DNA of 63,991 nucleotides, counting the filler, from Bigelowiella natans CCMP2755 (taxonomy: Eukaryota > Protista > Cercozoa), in the NCBI GenBank assembly GCA_000320545.1. It is 6 parts of 6 records of this genome, joined end to end, with 100 filler letters (N's around TTAATTAATTAA, not from the genome) between each part and the next. Parts side by side here need not be neighbours in the genome. Positions count along the whole stretch, not along the records: positions 1 to 24,774 come from ADNK01001721.1; 5 more parts are not named here. One strand, given 5' to 3'. The notes below the pieces were generated by a model. The model saw nothing but the letters and a program-made list of their open reading frames with translations. It was not told the DNA's origin and did no database searches. A program made the position numbers and the translations under genes. Positions within the stretch are counted from its first letter, which is position 1, and the number at the start of each line of letters is the position of its first letter. Shown here in pieces: positions 1 to 13,860 of this stretch.

Positions 1-225
1 ATACACACACTCTCTCTCTCTCGCGAGATCTCTCTCGCACCTGTGCGCACCAACGTAGGCAGTGGTTAGGATCAACGCGTGAGGCGTTTATCTGATATGC
101 TTCCGTGCGACACTCCGTGTAGTAGCGAGTGCGCGCTCTCTCCCTCTCGAGCGCCCCCCAAAAAAGATATTAGTAGTAAGTAACTACTACGTACGTAACG
201 ACGACTACCTATAAAACATAGATAA

Positions 226-303
<78 letters not shown>

Positions 304-413
304 CACATTATGCATCGATTGATTGATTAATAATTGGTATTCTGGTATACATACTTAATTCCTCGCCGGCATCATCGTTATTACTCTTCTTTTTTCAAAA
401 CCCCACTTGCCAG

Positions 414-829
414 GAACCGAGATCACAATCCTCTTAGCTTCGAGTCCCGCTAAGAGATACGAACGATACACACGCCCTCTCGTCCAATTCGCAACCGTCG
501 CCTTCATGGAACATGCAGCTGTGAGACATCTTTCGGAAGAGAGAGCAAGAATGTACAAAGCCATCCAGCAAAGGTTACGGGCCAGCACAGTTTTAATGGA
601 GACATCTATTGAGAATAAGCTGAGGTCCGGCGCTGCTGCTCCTGCTGCTGAGTGTTTTTCCGGCGGAGTACGAGGTGTTGACAAAACAAGGCCTCCTGGA
701 GCTCCACGGGGAGACCTTTTGGGTGATTTGAAGGTGTTGGTCGAAAGAATGCAGAGAGACTCGGATTCAGTGCTGCAGAAAGCCGAAATGAGTATACGCC
801 AGATCGATCGCGCTTTGAATGAAAATTAA
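414..829 (+). CDS. Terminal exon of an unknown gene (5' part outside window or in low-quality sequence), C-terminal coiled-coil-like
   Basis: Pyrimidine tract + CAG acceptor ending at 413; open frame GTEITILL...LKVLVERMQRDSDSVLQKAEMSIRQIDRALNEN to TAA at 829; no recognisable family. Confidence 0.6.
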
Positions 830-989
830 TTGTAATCATTGCACGTATGTTGAAAATGCTGTCATTTAATAGTGTTTTCCCAAACCTCCTCTCCGGCTTC
901 TGCTACGCAAAGGCCAAGGAATTGTAGCCATCTCAATAATTAGCATGCTCATGAGCGCGGTTTGGTCTTGTTCTTCATCATTGAACTTG

Positions 990-1930
990 ATCGAATGATG
1001 CACACAGCTGGCATCTTCAGATCTAGATGTGGCGCGTACAAATGAGTGCATTTTTGTCGCACTTTGCTCATTTTGTCCATCTTTGTTTCTGTCACCATTG
1101 CTATAAAATTCATTGCGTGTTGCAAGTGGTCGTCAAGGCGGGCGTTTTTTGAAATCTGCCTGCGGCGAGGGCAACGGCCACGGCGCGCGCTGGAAAAGAC
1201 TGCGATCGATGCTGGGTGGCGAACGCCACGGCTAGCTCTAGAGATGGTGCACACATCGACGGATCGCAAATTCGTGGGTTGGATTGTCCTGGCACATGCT
1301 AGCATGGCCAAACTAGCTAGCTAGCTAATCACAATCATGTTGCATGTCCTTCATGCTAGATGGCCTTTGAGCATTGGCGTGCATGTGGCCGGACACCGCA
1401 CTGACTGCTGACGTGCACAATGCTTTCTAGCTTTGCTATCATCGTGTGAATGCATGCCATTTGGCTAGTTGGCCATGCCGATTGGTCCAGTGTCCAGTGG
1501 TGCCTGCGAGCTCACACAATGTGAAACGTGTCGTTTGCGCTCTGTTGCGCGTGCGCACGCAGCCTGACAGTGATCGAGATGGTGTGTTGTTCTGCAGGGC
1601 GTCGTTTTTGTGCAGCTTGTTTTCCAGTTTTCCATGCGCACACCTGTGGACGTCGACGTGCATGCCAGCTAGCCATCTAGCCAGCATGCTGCGGCATGTG
1701 TGAACGCTAGTCCAATCAATGGCGATCATGTGAACAATCACAACACAGACACGATGTTGAAACATGGCTGTCGTGCAGCGTTTGAAACGGCGGCAATGCA
1801 GGCACGTGACAACGCTCACAACTGGACAAGCACGTCCAGCACTTGCACCTGCATGCTGCAGAGTGCCTTGATCGCAGCACCTACCAAGTGCGCACTTTTG
1901 TTTCTGCGACAACGAAAATGCGATAGATTT
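990..1930. other. CTAG/CATG/TGCA palindrome-rich intergenic block A
   Basis: e.g. 1295-1326 catgctagcatggccaaactagctagctagcta; lies between a + gene 3' end and the next + gene start. Confidence 0.8.
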
Positions 1931-2083
1931 GACGAAATTGGCCTCTGTCTTAAACTCCATGAATTTTCGACACCTCGTTCATGTTTTTACCCGGTAATAC
2001 CGGGTATTTCCTACGATTTCTTCCTCCCCTCCCCCACCTCTCCCTGCTGTAGGATATAGATAGATTTGCCGTCCCTTCAAACG

Positions 2084-3106
2084 ATGACCGACTCCATCAG
2101 TGCAATTACGTTCTTCGCGGAGTATCATGGACACCGCATTTCGGACCTGAAGGTCTGCGACGGCGAGAAAGGGTGTGAGAGGGGATTCGTCGGGTTTATT
2201 CAACCTCCTTTTCAGAGCTTCACTTTACGAGAGTTCCCGCATCAACCGTAATCAATTCATTGCCTTATTTTGTTCGATTCGATTGCTTCAATTAAAGGGC
2301 GTTCACCATGCAATGAGAAGATTAGGTAAGTTGAGGATTGTATAGTTACGTTAATGGCGAAGGAGGACGTGCATGATAACATCGAGAAAACGCTAATATC
2401 CTGAGTCCCCACTTTCTACTCTCCCCCAGGCAAAACTCGCTTCATTTACTTCATCGGCGATTCAAGTTTGGTAAAATAAGATACGCCCTTCACAAGAGGT
2501 TTCGATGATCACGTACGCTTCCTTGTGCAGGACAACAAACATTGGCTTTATATGGGCGGGAACAAACTCAGCGATAAGTTGACAAACGAACAATTTACAG
2601 GTTTGTAATTTCCAATCTCTTCATATGAAAATGTTGCCCTTTTTTTTTAAAAAAAAAGAACATTTTCGCGGAATACGCACAAATCTCGTAAGTAATGTGC
2701 AAGTCCCCATGAAGTCGAAGTATATGGGAAACGCGTGACTTAGTGTTTAGAATATTGTGTAGCCTAGCATTGCTCCTTCCTTCTACTCATCGACCCTACT
2801 ATTCTTCTGACATATATCGTTTTAGCGCCAGCTTGCAACGGTTTCGAGAAAGTTCTGCACCCTCCTCGCATGGTAGTAGTAGTAGTAGTGAAAGGAGGGA
2901 AGATATGATCAATCACATGCGACATCATAACCGTCGCCCTCAAGACAATACCCATTCATTGGTCGTCCAGGTAAAAGACGTTGCCTACTGGCTCAACTGG
3001 GAGCTTTCGAGGAACAAGAAGGTAGGGTGGGGGCTTGAAAATGTAAAAAAGAGCTTTGATTTCCAGCGGGAAGAAAGAGCGCTGGATCATCATCTTTCAG
3101 AAACCT

Positions 3107-3142
<36 letters not shown>

Positions 3143-4006
3143 ATATAAATCGCTTGTCTTGCGCGACGATCAAATTCAGGCATCTTCGGTTTGCATCAAC
3201 GCGAGCATCGAGGAGAGCGCTCTAGGAGAGCGCGACAACGGTGTGCTCTTAGACCAGGTCAGCCTCTGTGCGCCTACATTCTCTAACGCTGCTGAAACTT
3301 CTCGGAGTTCTACATTTGGCACTCTTTCCCCCAGCGTTGCACCAGTGTGTTGGAAGTGTCAGTGTTGGTTGGACTATCACTTACCAATGTTATAGGCCTG
3401 GCTTTGGCTATTGTTGTGATTCGGTCGATTCAATGTTTTTAGGACATTTTTGTTCGAGACCACATCGAGAAGAACGATGTCCTCGTTGTTTCTGTTGGGG
3501 GTGGGTGACCTGTCGTGTTTGCTGTCATTGCGACACGGCAACTGTCATTGCTATACGCATGATGAAGAAAAAACGTTTTATGAAGACAGCCAAATCAAAC
3601 TTGGGGAACGTGCCGGTTTCTCAGCGTAAGCAAAACACTTGATTAAAAAAGTCGTTTTCAGTCACACGCTGCTCGAATCATCATCGTGATCGTTCGGGGG
3701 TCCTCCCATCTATCTATCTATAGATCCACACGCCTGATGTTCTTGATCTCACGCAAAAGGCGTCATGTGACGTGATGATGAGAAATATATGCTTGTTCCC
3801 CCTCCTCCTCCTCCTCCTCGTCGGTTCTGTAGGAAACGACATCGCGTTGAAGCCCACCATCTGCACAGCGCTTAACATGGTATTACGAACGAGGGGGTTG
3901 CTCTCGAGAAGAGTCGTCAAGGACAAACGTTTGCCTTTATCGGGGTTTCAATGGGGCCGGAGACGTAGTAGATAGGAACGCCTTCGTCGTTGTTTACAGG
4001 GGAAAA

Positions 4007-4054
<48 letters not shown>

Positions 4055-5985
4055 TGTTAAATGTTCCGCTAACACTATTCATTCCCCACCCCCCCCTTCT
4101 CTCCAGGCTTGTCTGACATTCTGCTCGTGCACGTGTTGCGTCGAGCATCTATCCTGCGGGCTACCGCTCCCCTGCTGCTGTCTGTTTATCATGATAACCA
4201 AAAGCCATCGAGAACTAAAATGCGATTTGTAGGAAATCTTCAAATCCAATAACGTTAGCTTAATACAGGCAGCCCCGCTTTCCCGCCCGGGCTCGGCCAT
4301 TTTCTCAATTTATTTAAGGTCCTCTTGCTACTGCGAATTATCAAGGGCGGCGCGCAAGTCAGCGCCTTTTTCTTCTTATTGCCACACCAACACCTATGTA
4401 TCATGTCCCAACGCGACGATATTTCGATGGATCTTGCCGATATTGGTAGCTAAATCGTCTTCATTCGGAAGCTTTCGTGACGCTAAGAACAATGGCTCGA
4501 CTTGGGGCCAATGGCTCTTCTTCTTTTTTTTTTATTTTTTATTTTTTTATTATTATTATTATCACAATGCGATAATAACAGAGGGACGACAGCTCGCAAG
4601 TAGAAGTCTCGCCATCCAACTCATAACTCAAATTTTCCTCAGTGCAAGGTTGAGAACTACGTGAGGCGAGTCATCGCCAAGAAGCAGCCGAAATTGGTAG
4701 TCCAGTCGAGATGTGTGAAGTCACCGCCATTCTTTCAAGAATTAACTCTAAAGCACGTTTTAAATTCGGAATTCGCTACCTCCACATGATACCGACAGTC
4801 GCATGCAGCACCATACGATCGCATACCCGCCCCACTTCCAAGCCTTGTTTTGGCGTGTATGTTCAAAATAGTATCGCTCCATCTCCAACCACATCTGCGC
4901 TTCCCATTCAGGTGATAGTGTGCATGATTTATTACCTGGACGAGAAACCGGGCGGGAGCTGGGCCGACAGGTAGCTCTAAGTTCTCCGATGTTCATAAAA
5001 CCATGGCAAATCGAGATCAATCGCTCTTGCCGCGCAGCGTCATTGCGGCACCCTCTCGGCCCCAGAAGGACGCCGATGGTGGCTGTTCATAACATTTATA
5101 ATGGTGTCAAGCTAAAGCCCACTGGCGTCTTTTGGCTGAAATTATTTGCGTTTGATCGTTGATTGATTTGCCGCGAGTTAGCTCCGATTTTCACGTCAGT
5201 GTCGCGTTGTTGCGATACCCTCCGCTAATGCAGCATATCTAAGCTAGGAAAGTCGCTTGGCGTGCTGTTGCGTTCCTTTCTTCCCTGCCCCCTCCTTGCC
5301 AGCATCAACGGGTCTTCGGTCAATTGATCGTCTTTATGCATGATAATCGTTGTGCGCAGGGTGCTCGAGCTGCTGGGGTATAATCGTAATCCGAAAAAGC
5401 TCCAAACAATCATTCGGAAGGTTGATTGTGCTTGTGTCGGGTGGAACGCATCGAGCGACGACGATGACGATGATATGATGATGAGTATTATTGCAGTGAT
5501 TATCCTTGTGTCGCACGAAAGCAATGCCTGCCATTTTGCCTCGTAAATTCTACGAAATCGCCGAGCCACTCAATGACGGTCGGACGTGCGTATGTAAGGT
5601 GTTTGAGCTTGCGACCTCGAGGATAAAGATCCCAGGAACAGAGGTAGGTTTTTCCAGTGGATGCTGTGTTAGTATGCTTGTGCAGTGCGGCACTTCTTAA
5701 TGCTGCTATGAATATGATAAGGTGCGAGCCTTCCCTTTGTTCCAAGTGCTGGACGGAAAGGAAACCAAAGATTACGACAATCGTGTGGAGCCGAGCGTGC
5801 AAGGAGGTCGTAACTTGCAGTATTGATTCAATTATCACGCATTCGTAATACACGCAATCATCCCCCCCCCCCCCCTCCTCCCCCCGACACCGTTCTCTCA
5901 AATCAACGATGGTCCAGGGGCCAAAATGGGAAGAGCGTTCTATAAATGCATCTTCGACTTGGAGGATGAGGTGTTGAGGATCTGA
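2084..5985 (+). CDS. SGNH/GDSL-hydrolase-like protein, ~15 exons
   Basis: Exons join in phase at GT-AG: MTDSISAITFFAEYHGH / KTRFIYFIGDSSL / DNKHWLY / PACNGFEKVLHPPRM / VKDVAYWLN / CINASIEES / DVLVVSVG-GNDIALKP / VIVCMIYYLDE / LGYNRNPKKLQ / PLFQVLDGKETKDYDNRVEPSVQG / KMGRAFY...LRI*. GDS (block I) and GxND (block III) motifs. Confidence 0.8.
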
Positions 5986-6309
5986 ATGAGAAATGACAGA
6001 AATAGCCGCGTTCTTGTTCTTCTTAAACTCCCACTGCCATTTGCCATTGTAAAATTCTGGTTGGTTTCCTGAGAGAAGGGGGAACCGTAGAGGCATGTAG
6101 ATAGGGTCAGATAGCTTTATACGTACACACGTACACGTCTCCTTACCGACTCTTCGTCGACACTAGATCCACCTTACCACATGTCATAAACTATGCCACG
6201 ATTAGAAAGCAGGCGCTCCGATAGATGGTCAGCCGGGTGTGGGAAACAAAGATTCAAAGGTATCTAGTTGATTCCTCGTATGTACCACATTCAATAGAGT
6301 GATGAAGTG

Positions 6310-7290
6310 ACGATAATCTCTAGTCTAACACATACTGCATTTTGGACGCATATTGTTCCGTGTACATGTACGTGCACACATTGGTATCCACGCATTTCCT
6401 GACGTCAGAGACAAGATTGTGCATCAGTATGTGGCATCGCCGAGGATTTTTGATGATCGGAATGAATGTGAATGCTTTCGAATTCAGAGAAATGAGAAGT
6501 ATGGATCTACAGATGAAGCTTTGATCGGATGAACTGTCCATTAGTTCAAGTTTGACAAGCCAATTGCGAGACCATGTTGTAGACAACGTAATACACATTG
6601 CACACATGATGTCACTATGTCTATTGTCCACATGACAGTGTTCCGATGATGTTTGTGCACATGATGTGTGCACCTGCAGCATGATGCATTGAGCAGATGA
6701 TCGAATGGCCCACATCTAGACACACTAGCTAGCTAGCATGGCTAGGCTAGCACAGGGCGACTACACACATGATCGGACGTTGCATTGGGCTCTGGATGCG
6801 TCTAGTGCGTGCACTGCTAGACTGCCTGCCCTTGCGAGCTGCTGCCCAACCTAGCAATTCACGTGCACACTTGCATTTGCAAGCTTGCATGTTTTCGATG
6901 ACTTTGCACAGCGCCGGAGCGTGGCAACACTGCAAACTGCGAAGGCTAGATGCATCGCATCATCGCACTGCCACACATGCTGACATGGTCTGCATCGTGG
7001 CATGCCAGCATGCCAGCAGCGATGTGATTTCAATTTGGTTCGATCATGCCAGCATGGCACACTAGCTTGCTAGCTAGCTAGCACGCGTTGCATCATTGAT
7101 GCAATGACGCACGCGGCAAGTCTAGAAATGAATTATTTGATTCTGCTTGCATCACACGTCGCAATTGAAGACGTGCCAGCGTGGCGACGCAATTTGGCAA
7201 TGCACGTGTGATGTCGACTGTTTGCTGAGTGAAAGTTGGCGAACGAAAAACAAGGTGGCATGAAGACGACTAGACAGAAAAAGTTGTTCC
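6310..7290. other. Palindrome-rich intergenic block B
   Basis: e.g. 6716-6752 tctagacacactagctagctagcatggctaggctagc; 7061-7082 actagcttgctagctagctagc; follows SGNH 3' end. Confidence 0.85.
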
Positions 7291-7541
7291 AACAGTGCAG
7301 TTGAAAGGATCATTGTGTGCGACCACTCTTCCTCTTCCTCCTCATTCAACAAGGATCACCATCAACAAAATCGAGGTTGCGTTTCGTACCCGCCGGCTGA
7401 GCACTCAAGACGGATGATGACCTGCAGCAAAATGTGCTCTTGTGGCCTTGGACGAAACCGCCACGGACACCACGCCCGGATTTGAGCATGATTTCCACGC
7501 CAAACATCGTCATTTTCCCACACTACGACTCTGATGTGCCG

Positions 7542-8351
7542 ATGTCTCACGAGCACAAATCCATCCCATTTCTCCCCGTCATGTCCCGTTTTGACTCGCA
7601 ACTCGCAATAATACTTCGAAGAAATTCGTCAGAAAATCAGCGACTGTTTCTGCCTGTGACAGCGGAAAGCTGAGGTCGCCGGGCTCTGGAAGCAGGGGCA
7701 GCTGTTGGATGTTCTTAGGTGATCATAGAGACTTATCGTAGTGACGATCATACGACAATAGAAAAGGCATGACGTTCTGGAGAAATGCCATGTATTTTAA
7801 TTATTTTGGAACACTACCAGCAATAAGGTACACCAGCTTTCCCAGGAGCAAACGAATCCTTCCAACCAAACAGGAGGAGCCATGCTTTCCTGTGGCCAGG
7901 TCCTCCGTTATCTTCCCTCCCATCCTTCCCCTGTTCTTCTTTGGTTGTTCCTACCTATTTCGAACTTCCTCGCAAAGTTTTTCCCGCTTGCCCGGGAGTC
8001 GTTTAAGTCGAGCACGCACAACGTTTGCCGACCACGACCGGAATTGGGTCGTTGTGTATTTAGAAGCTCTCGAGCTCTACATCTGGGTGAATTCGAGGCT
8101 GTGTCCTCTACGTGAAATTGAAGCATGAAAGGGAGGAATAGTGATTGCTAATGAGTAAGCTTTTAAATATGCCTTTCATGTTCTAGGGAAAGCCGCCCCT
8201 TGGCAATGGGAAGTCATTTCTTCTTGGTCATATGATGCAATGGCTGACATCAGACCAGAAGCACTCAAAGGCGAGGTAATTAAGAAAGGAGAAAAGCCTC
8301 TCTTTTTTTTTCCATGCTATTTTCTTCATTTATACACGTGCACATATACAC

Positions 8352-8403
<52 letters not shown>

Positions 8404-11400
8404 GCGCTCTTTAATGGATCCAAAACGTGCATAATTCATGAAATATCTACTCTCCAGCTGTCCAAACTGCAAAATATGGAAGAGCCGATATTTTGAGCTC
8501 TTGGAGAAGGTCACAAAGAAGAAGTATCATCGCGGACGATTATTCGACATTCCTATGGTACGGATACAGAGGAGAACAGTGATTTTTAGACATTGCCACA
8601 GTACGAATACAGTGGGGAAATAGTAATCAGAAAACGAATGTAGATACTGTATATGCTCGCTAGTATGCGATTCCCCCCCCGCAGCAAATTTATTCTGGTT
8701 TTAAAATCAGCGCCGTCGGCCATCATCATCCACAGCAGGATCTCCCTCCACTAGAAGCGGTATACGAAGAACAAACCCGACCCACCATCACTAGTGCTCA
8801 GGATGAATTTGCACAAGTTAGAATTTCGCTCTACGTTGATCTTATTGCCCCTATTCTGTCTGTTCCCCTTTATTTATTTTGGAATTTGGTGTTTCCCCGT
8901 AGTCGTGACGAGCCCGGACTCCAAAGCGAGTAGAAGCAGTTTTGACGCCTTCGCTCGTCTTTCTCAGCATTGCGGCAAGGTTGCTTCTTCTGATGACGGG
9001 GGGGAAGTGATCGCTGAATGGGAGAGATCAATAGGCAACAATCTCTCCATCACGAAGCAGACCCTCGACGAGCTCAGAAAGCAGCTCCTTTTGGTAATCC
9101 ACTCGGGATATGTAGGGGAAATATAGTAAAGGGTGTTGTCTAGGAAAAAATATCTGGAAATAGTTCTGATGCCTGAAGCAACTAAACAGATCCCATCAAA
9201 TGCCACCTTATACTTTTTACACTGGAGGATAAAGCATACGATGCATGTTTTCGCTTCACTCTTTCCACTCCCACACCCCGTCCTTCTCAGATTCGTCGGG
9301 AACTCTGGATGCAACAAAGGGGAGAGCGAACCCAGCAACAGAGGGGAGAAGGAGAAGGAGAAGAGAATGGGGTGAAGGGAGCGGCCAATCGAAGAGTTGA
9401 GTCCTCCCATCATAATTCTCTCCCCTCCATCCCTATCACCGCCACAAGTCCCCCAATCTGCGCTCCTATGCCTACTCCGAGCAACGCCATTAGAAACAAT
9501 AGAGGCACGAGCGGAAGTAACAATAGCGGCGATGAAAGAACGGCGGCCTGCCCTAAGGAACAGCGACAGCAAATCCACCAATTACCCTCTCGGGGTAGTA
9601 ATGACAGTAGCAGCAGCGCTCCTCCAAATCGAGTCCATGCTGAGTTGCGAGGCACTGAATGCCACCCGAAGAAGGATGATACACAGCAAAATTGCCATTC
9701 AAGGGAAAATGAAAGATGTGTTTCGAAAGAAAGCAGAGGGGGAGGGGCGGTCTCCATTGGAACTACCCCCACTGCGTCGCCGCCATCAATAGTGGAAGTG
9801 GTGATAGCTGCTGATGCAGCGGCATCGGCAGCTTCTATAGAACAAGAAAAGCATTATCATCATCATCTTCACCACAAAACCAACCTGTTGCTGTCATCAC
9901 CCCAACCATCTCAACCACCAGCTGCACCAGCTACGGCGGTGGGGAATGCAGCAGCAGCAGCAGCAGCAGCATCCTGCTCATCGTCCTCCTCGATAATCTC
10001 CACCGACACCACTCCCTCATCCAGTTCGCTGCACCGTCATCATCACCATTGTCGTGAACGCAATAATCATCCCCAACTCAATAATAATCACCAGCAAAAC
10101 CAATCCCAGGGGGACACAGCCTCAACCTCCCCATCCCCCCCTTACTACAACTGCAGTGTCGCTAACAAACGAAACAGAATGATCAGTGCCTCGCCCCTAG
10201 TACCGCAGCAGCTAGCCCTCCCTACCCAGCAGCAGCAGATGATGACGCATGAAGAAGAAGATCAGAAGTCAATAAATCACAACTACCTTCAACCAAAGCA
10301 CCATCAGCAGCAACAACTGCCAGGCGGCGCCGAGATCGCACAGCATCATCATCATCATCATCATCATCATCGCCAAAACGTACTTCGGGAGAATGGGCAT
10401 GCCAAGCGACTGACAGCGCAGTGGGACTTTGAAGGCAGAGGTGGAGGGGGGGGGGGGGGTATGAACAACCATTTGAATCTAGATAGCATTAGTTCCACCG
10501 ATAACAGCAACCGTAATAGCAGTACAAGGGGTACTACCAGGAGCAGAAGGAGAAAAAGGCTTCTCTCGCCTGAATGGGAGGTTTTCGAGCACGGGGCGGG
10601 CGGAAGAGGCGGAGGGAGAAGAAGCAGCAGCAGTGGTAGTACCGTGGATTTTGACCGATAGTAACTGAGAAGGAGTCCAAATTTATAATCATAACGCCAG
10701 TAATAATATCGAATCAAAATAACAGTAGTAATAATAGAAATAAACAGTAATACGTAATAACAATAAAGAACAATAACAGTATAATAATGACAGTAATGAT
10801 AATGCATGCTTACGCCTCCTTAGAGGGGCCACACACCCTCAGCCTCTCTCGTAGCCTCGCTAAATATGCCATATTCTCTGTCGTCGCAGAACTCGTCTCA
10901 CTCATCGACATGAAGAAGGATGATGAAGCCCAAGGGGGGAGAGTAGGGGGGGGGCAGGTGGAAGAGGAGGAGGAGGAGGGGGGGGGCACCCTAGCAGCTG
11001 GCTTCTACCAAAGAGAGCATGAACTCCAAAACCACCATACGCGGGGGGGGGATGAGGCACAAGAATCAGCTACTCCTCACACAAATACCGACAGAAACGC
11101 CATTGTTAGAAACGGTGGGGCCGTGTTATCAGCCGCCCCTCCCTCCTCCGCCTCCCCCTCCTCCCCCGCCTCCTCTGCAGTCCTGCTTGGGAAGAACGCC
11201 GGCCAACGACAGATGGCAGCGATGCAGCTGCTACCACCTTCAAGCAAGGGCACTCGAGATAGCGAAACGTGCTGTAGCATCAGCACCCGTCGTCGGCAGC
11301 GGTGCCTTCCTCGAAACCACAATTCTCATCGTCGTCATCATCACGGCAAAAGTGCTGCTGCCGGAGATACCTCCTCCTCCTCGTCGTCGCCGCCGCCGTC

Positions 11401-12347
11401 GTCGCGTACCGGAGAGATCCGTGGGAAGAGCCGGAGCTTCTTTTCGCTTTACAAGCAGGCGCTATATCAGGTGAGAGGGAATGCCAGCATATAATATATG
11501 GATTTATACATAAATATTAAATATATAATATGTATATACTTCAGTAGACTATGGTTTTAATGTGTTATCTACCAAATGGCACCCGCTACTCTCCGTGTGT
11601 CACAGAGCCTGAGTTCTCCATAACTTACTTCGCGATGCAATTGAAACATCAAGCATTTTCGGGGATGTGAAGCAGAATCCCCCTCCCCCCCAACCCCTAT
11701 CTATCCACCCATCCATCCATCCATCCATCCATCCATTCATTCGCTCGCTCACCCACCGACGAATTGTTCATCACAATCAGATCGACCTCGATATGCACCG
11801 CACATTTGCAGATGTGAAATCATTCCAAACAAAGGTAGGAGCACAGTTGCAGCTGCTGCTGCTTGATGATGACGATCAGGATGATGATGATGATGATGAT
11901 GATTGATTCCATGCCCATCTCTCTCCTCTAGTCGTGTTTCACAGCAAAGATAGCGCTGGGGGGTTGGGGTTAGTAGAGGAGGGGGGAGGAGGAGAGGGGC
12001 GAAATGCGTACAGTATTGTTGAATGCAAAGTTCTGATTGGGAAGCATCATTATTTTGTGGCCTGCCAATTGCGAGTGTACCATTGCTATTTCTGTGATAG
12101 CATCTATCGTCGTCGTCACTATTGACGTAGTTCCTCTCCTCCACGTGCGATGCGAATGCACGTGCATGACATTATCGTATGATGATGATAATCATAACAA
12201 TAGTAATGATAATAATAATAATGATAATACTCTTCAATAACAGTTATGATGATGATGATGGTAATAATAATAGACCAGCCGCCGAGGGATGAGGTACATC
12301 TTGCAAAGCTTCGTCCTCTTCCGCCCAGACATCGGATATTCGCAAGG

Positions 12348-12379
<32 letters not shown>

Positions 12380-12392
12380 GTGATGATGATGG

Positions 12393-12441
<49 letters not shown>

Positions 12442-12511
12442 GCCAGATCATCTGGCCTGCGAACGTCTCGTCTGAGAAATGCTCGATAATCATCATCTCG
12501 CAACAACAACG

Positions 12512-12544
<33 letters not shown>

Positions 12545-12957
12545 GATACTGATAATATTTCCGCTAGCTAACAGTGGATATGCCATTTTTCATTTAAATA
12601 ATATTATATATATAAATATATATATATTTACCTTTTTATACGCAATGGTGCTGCCAGGGATGTCATATCTGGCCGCTCAGCTGCTGAAGCAGACGGTATT
12701 CGAAAGAAACACGAGCAACAACTAGCCGGCATCTTCCCACCGCCTGCACGTTGCTACTGAATGAACGGATAGCTGACACCTACAGCGCACTACAGCGCAC
12801 TCACGCGCGAGAGAATAGTAGCAGCAGTGGTTGTAGCGGTGGTAGTAGAAGCTGCCGATCGAATAATTGTGTGAAATGCAATCGCAGAAGGTGCTGCCTG
12901 CGCTTGTAGAGACGTCGAGAAAACTGCTTTTTGATTGATCGCAAATTGACTAAATTA

Positions 12958-12993
<36 letters not shown>

Positions 12994-13192
12994 TCTCTCT
13001 CTTTGCTGACTCGGCTGGGTAGGGGAGCGATCCTTGGCGCGGTTTTGTGCTTTTCGCTAATCTCATTTGCTCCTCACGCCTCTGCCAGTCCCTCTACGCT
13101 GGCAAGACCGTGATGAATTCCAAGGTGGGCAGGGGGGGGGAGGGGCTGCACTTGTTATAAATTAGTTGTTTGCTAATGCCTTAATGATTATG

Positions 13193-13224
<32 letters not shown>

Positions 13225-13593
13225 TATATTTATATGGTGTGTGTGTGTGTGTGTGTGTGTGTGTGGCTCAATTGAAAGTATTTGACGTATTATGTACATC
13301 GTGATATTGGCGAGAGAGAATCTATCCTCCTACCCGTGACGTCATTCTTTGTCCCCCCTCCCCCCCCCGCCCCTCCTTCCTTCCGTCATCGCATTCCTTC
13401 TCTCCTTTCTCTGGATCGATTGAAAAGAGCATTCGACGCGTAGAGCTGTGGAAGCAAATGCTGCATGCATTTGTCCCTCGAGAGCTGTACTGCAAATAAG
13501 AACAATCCCTAACTCCTACATCCATGCCTTACCTCTCCCCCTCCCCCCCCCCCTGATGAATTCAACCACAAACAGATAAAAAAAAAGGAAAAG

Positions 13594-13643
<50 letters not shown>

Positions 13644-13828
13644 GGGGGAGGGGGGGCAGAGAGAGAGGACACACACACACACACACACACACTAACACTC
13701 ACTCACTACTTCAAATACTCAAAAATATAGGTTCGAAACGCTGGAGGACCATCTGCACAACATCTTCACGCAGGTCGTTGTCGCATGGACACGTATTTTG
13801 TTTTTATTACTAGTATTATCATTATGCT

Positions 13829-13860
<32 letters not shown>

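Noticed and set aside
1-310. Hairpin-like tctctcgcgaga and tacgtacgtaacgacgac stretches
   Set aside because: Microsatellite-adjacent, low-complexity sequence typical of poor-quality contig ends; no coherent structure.
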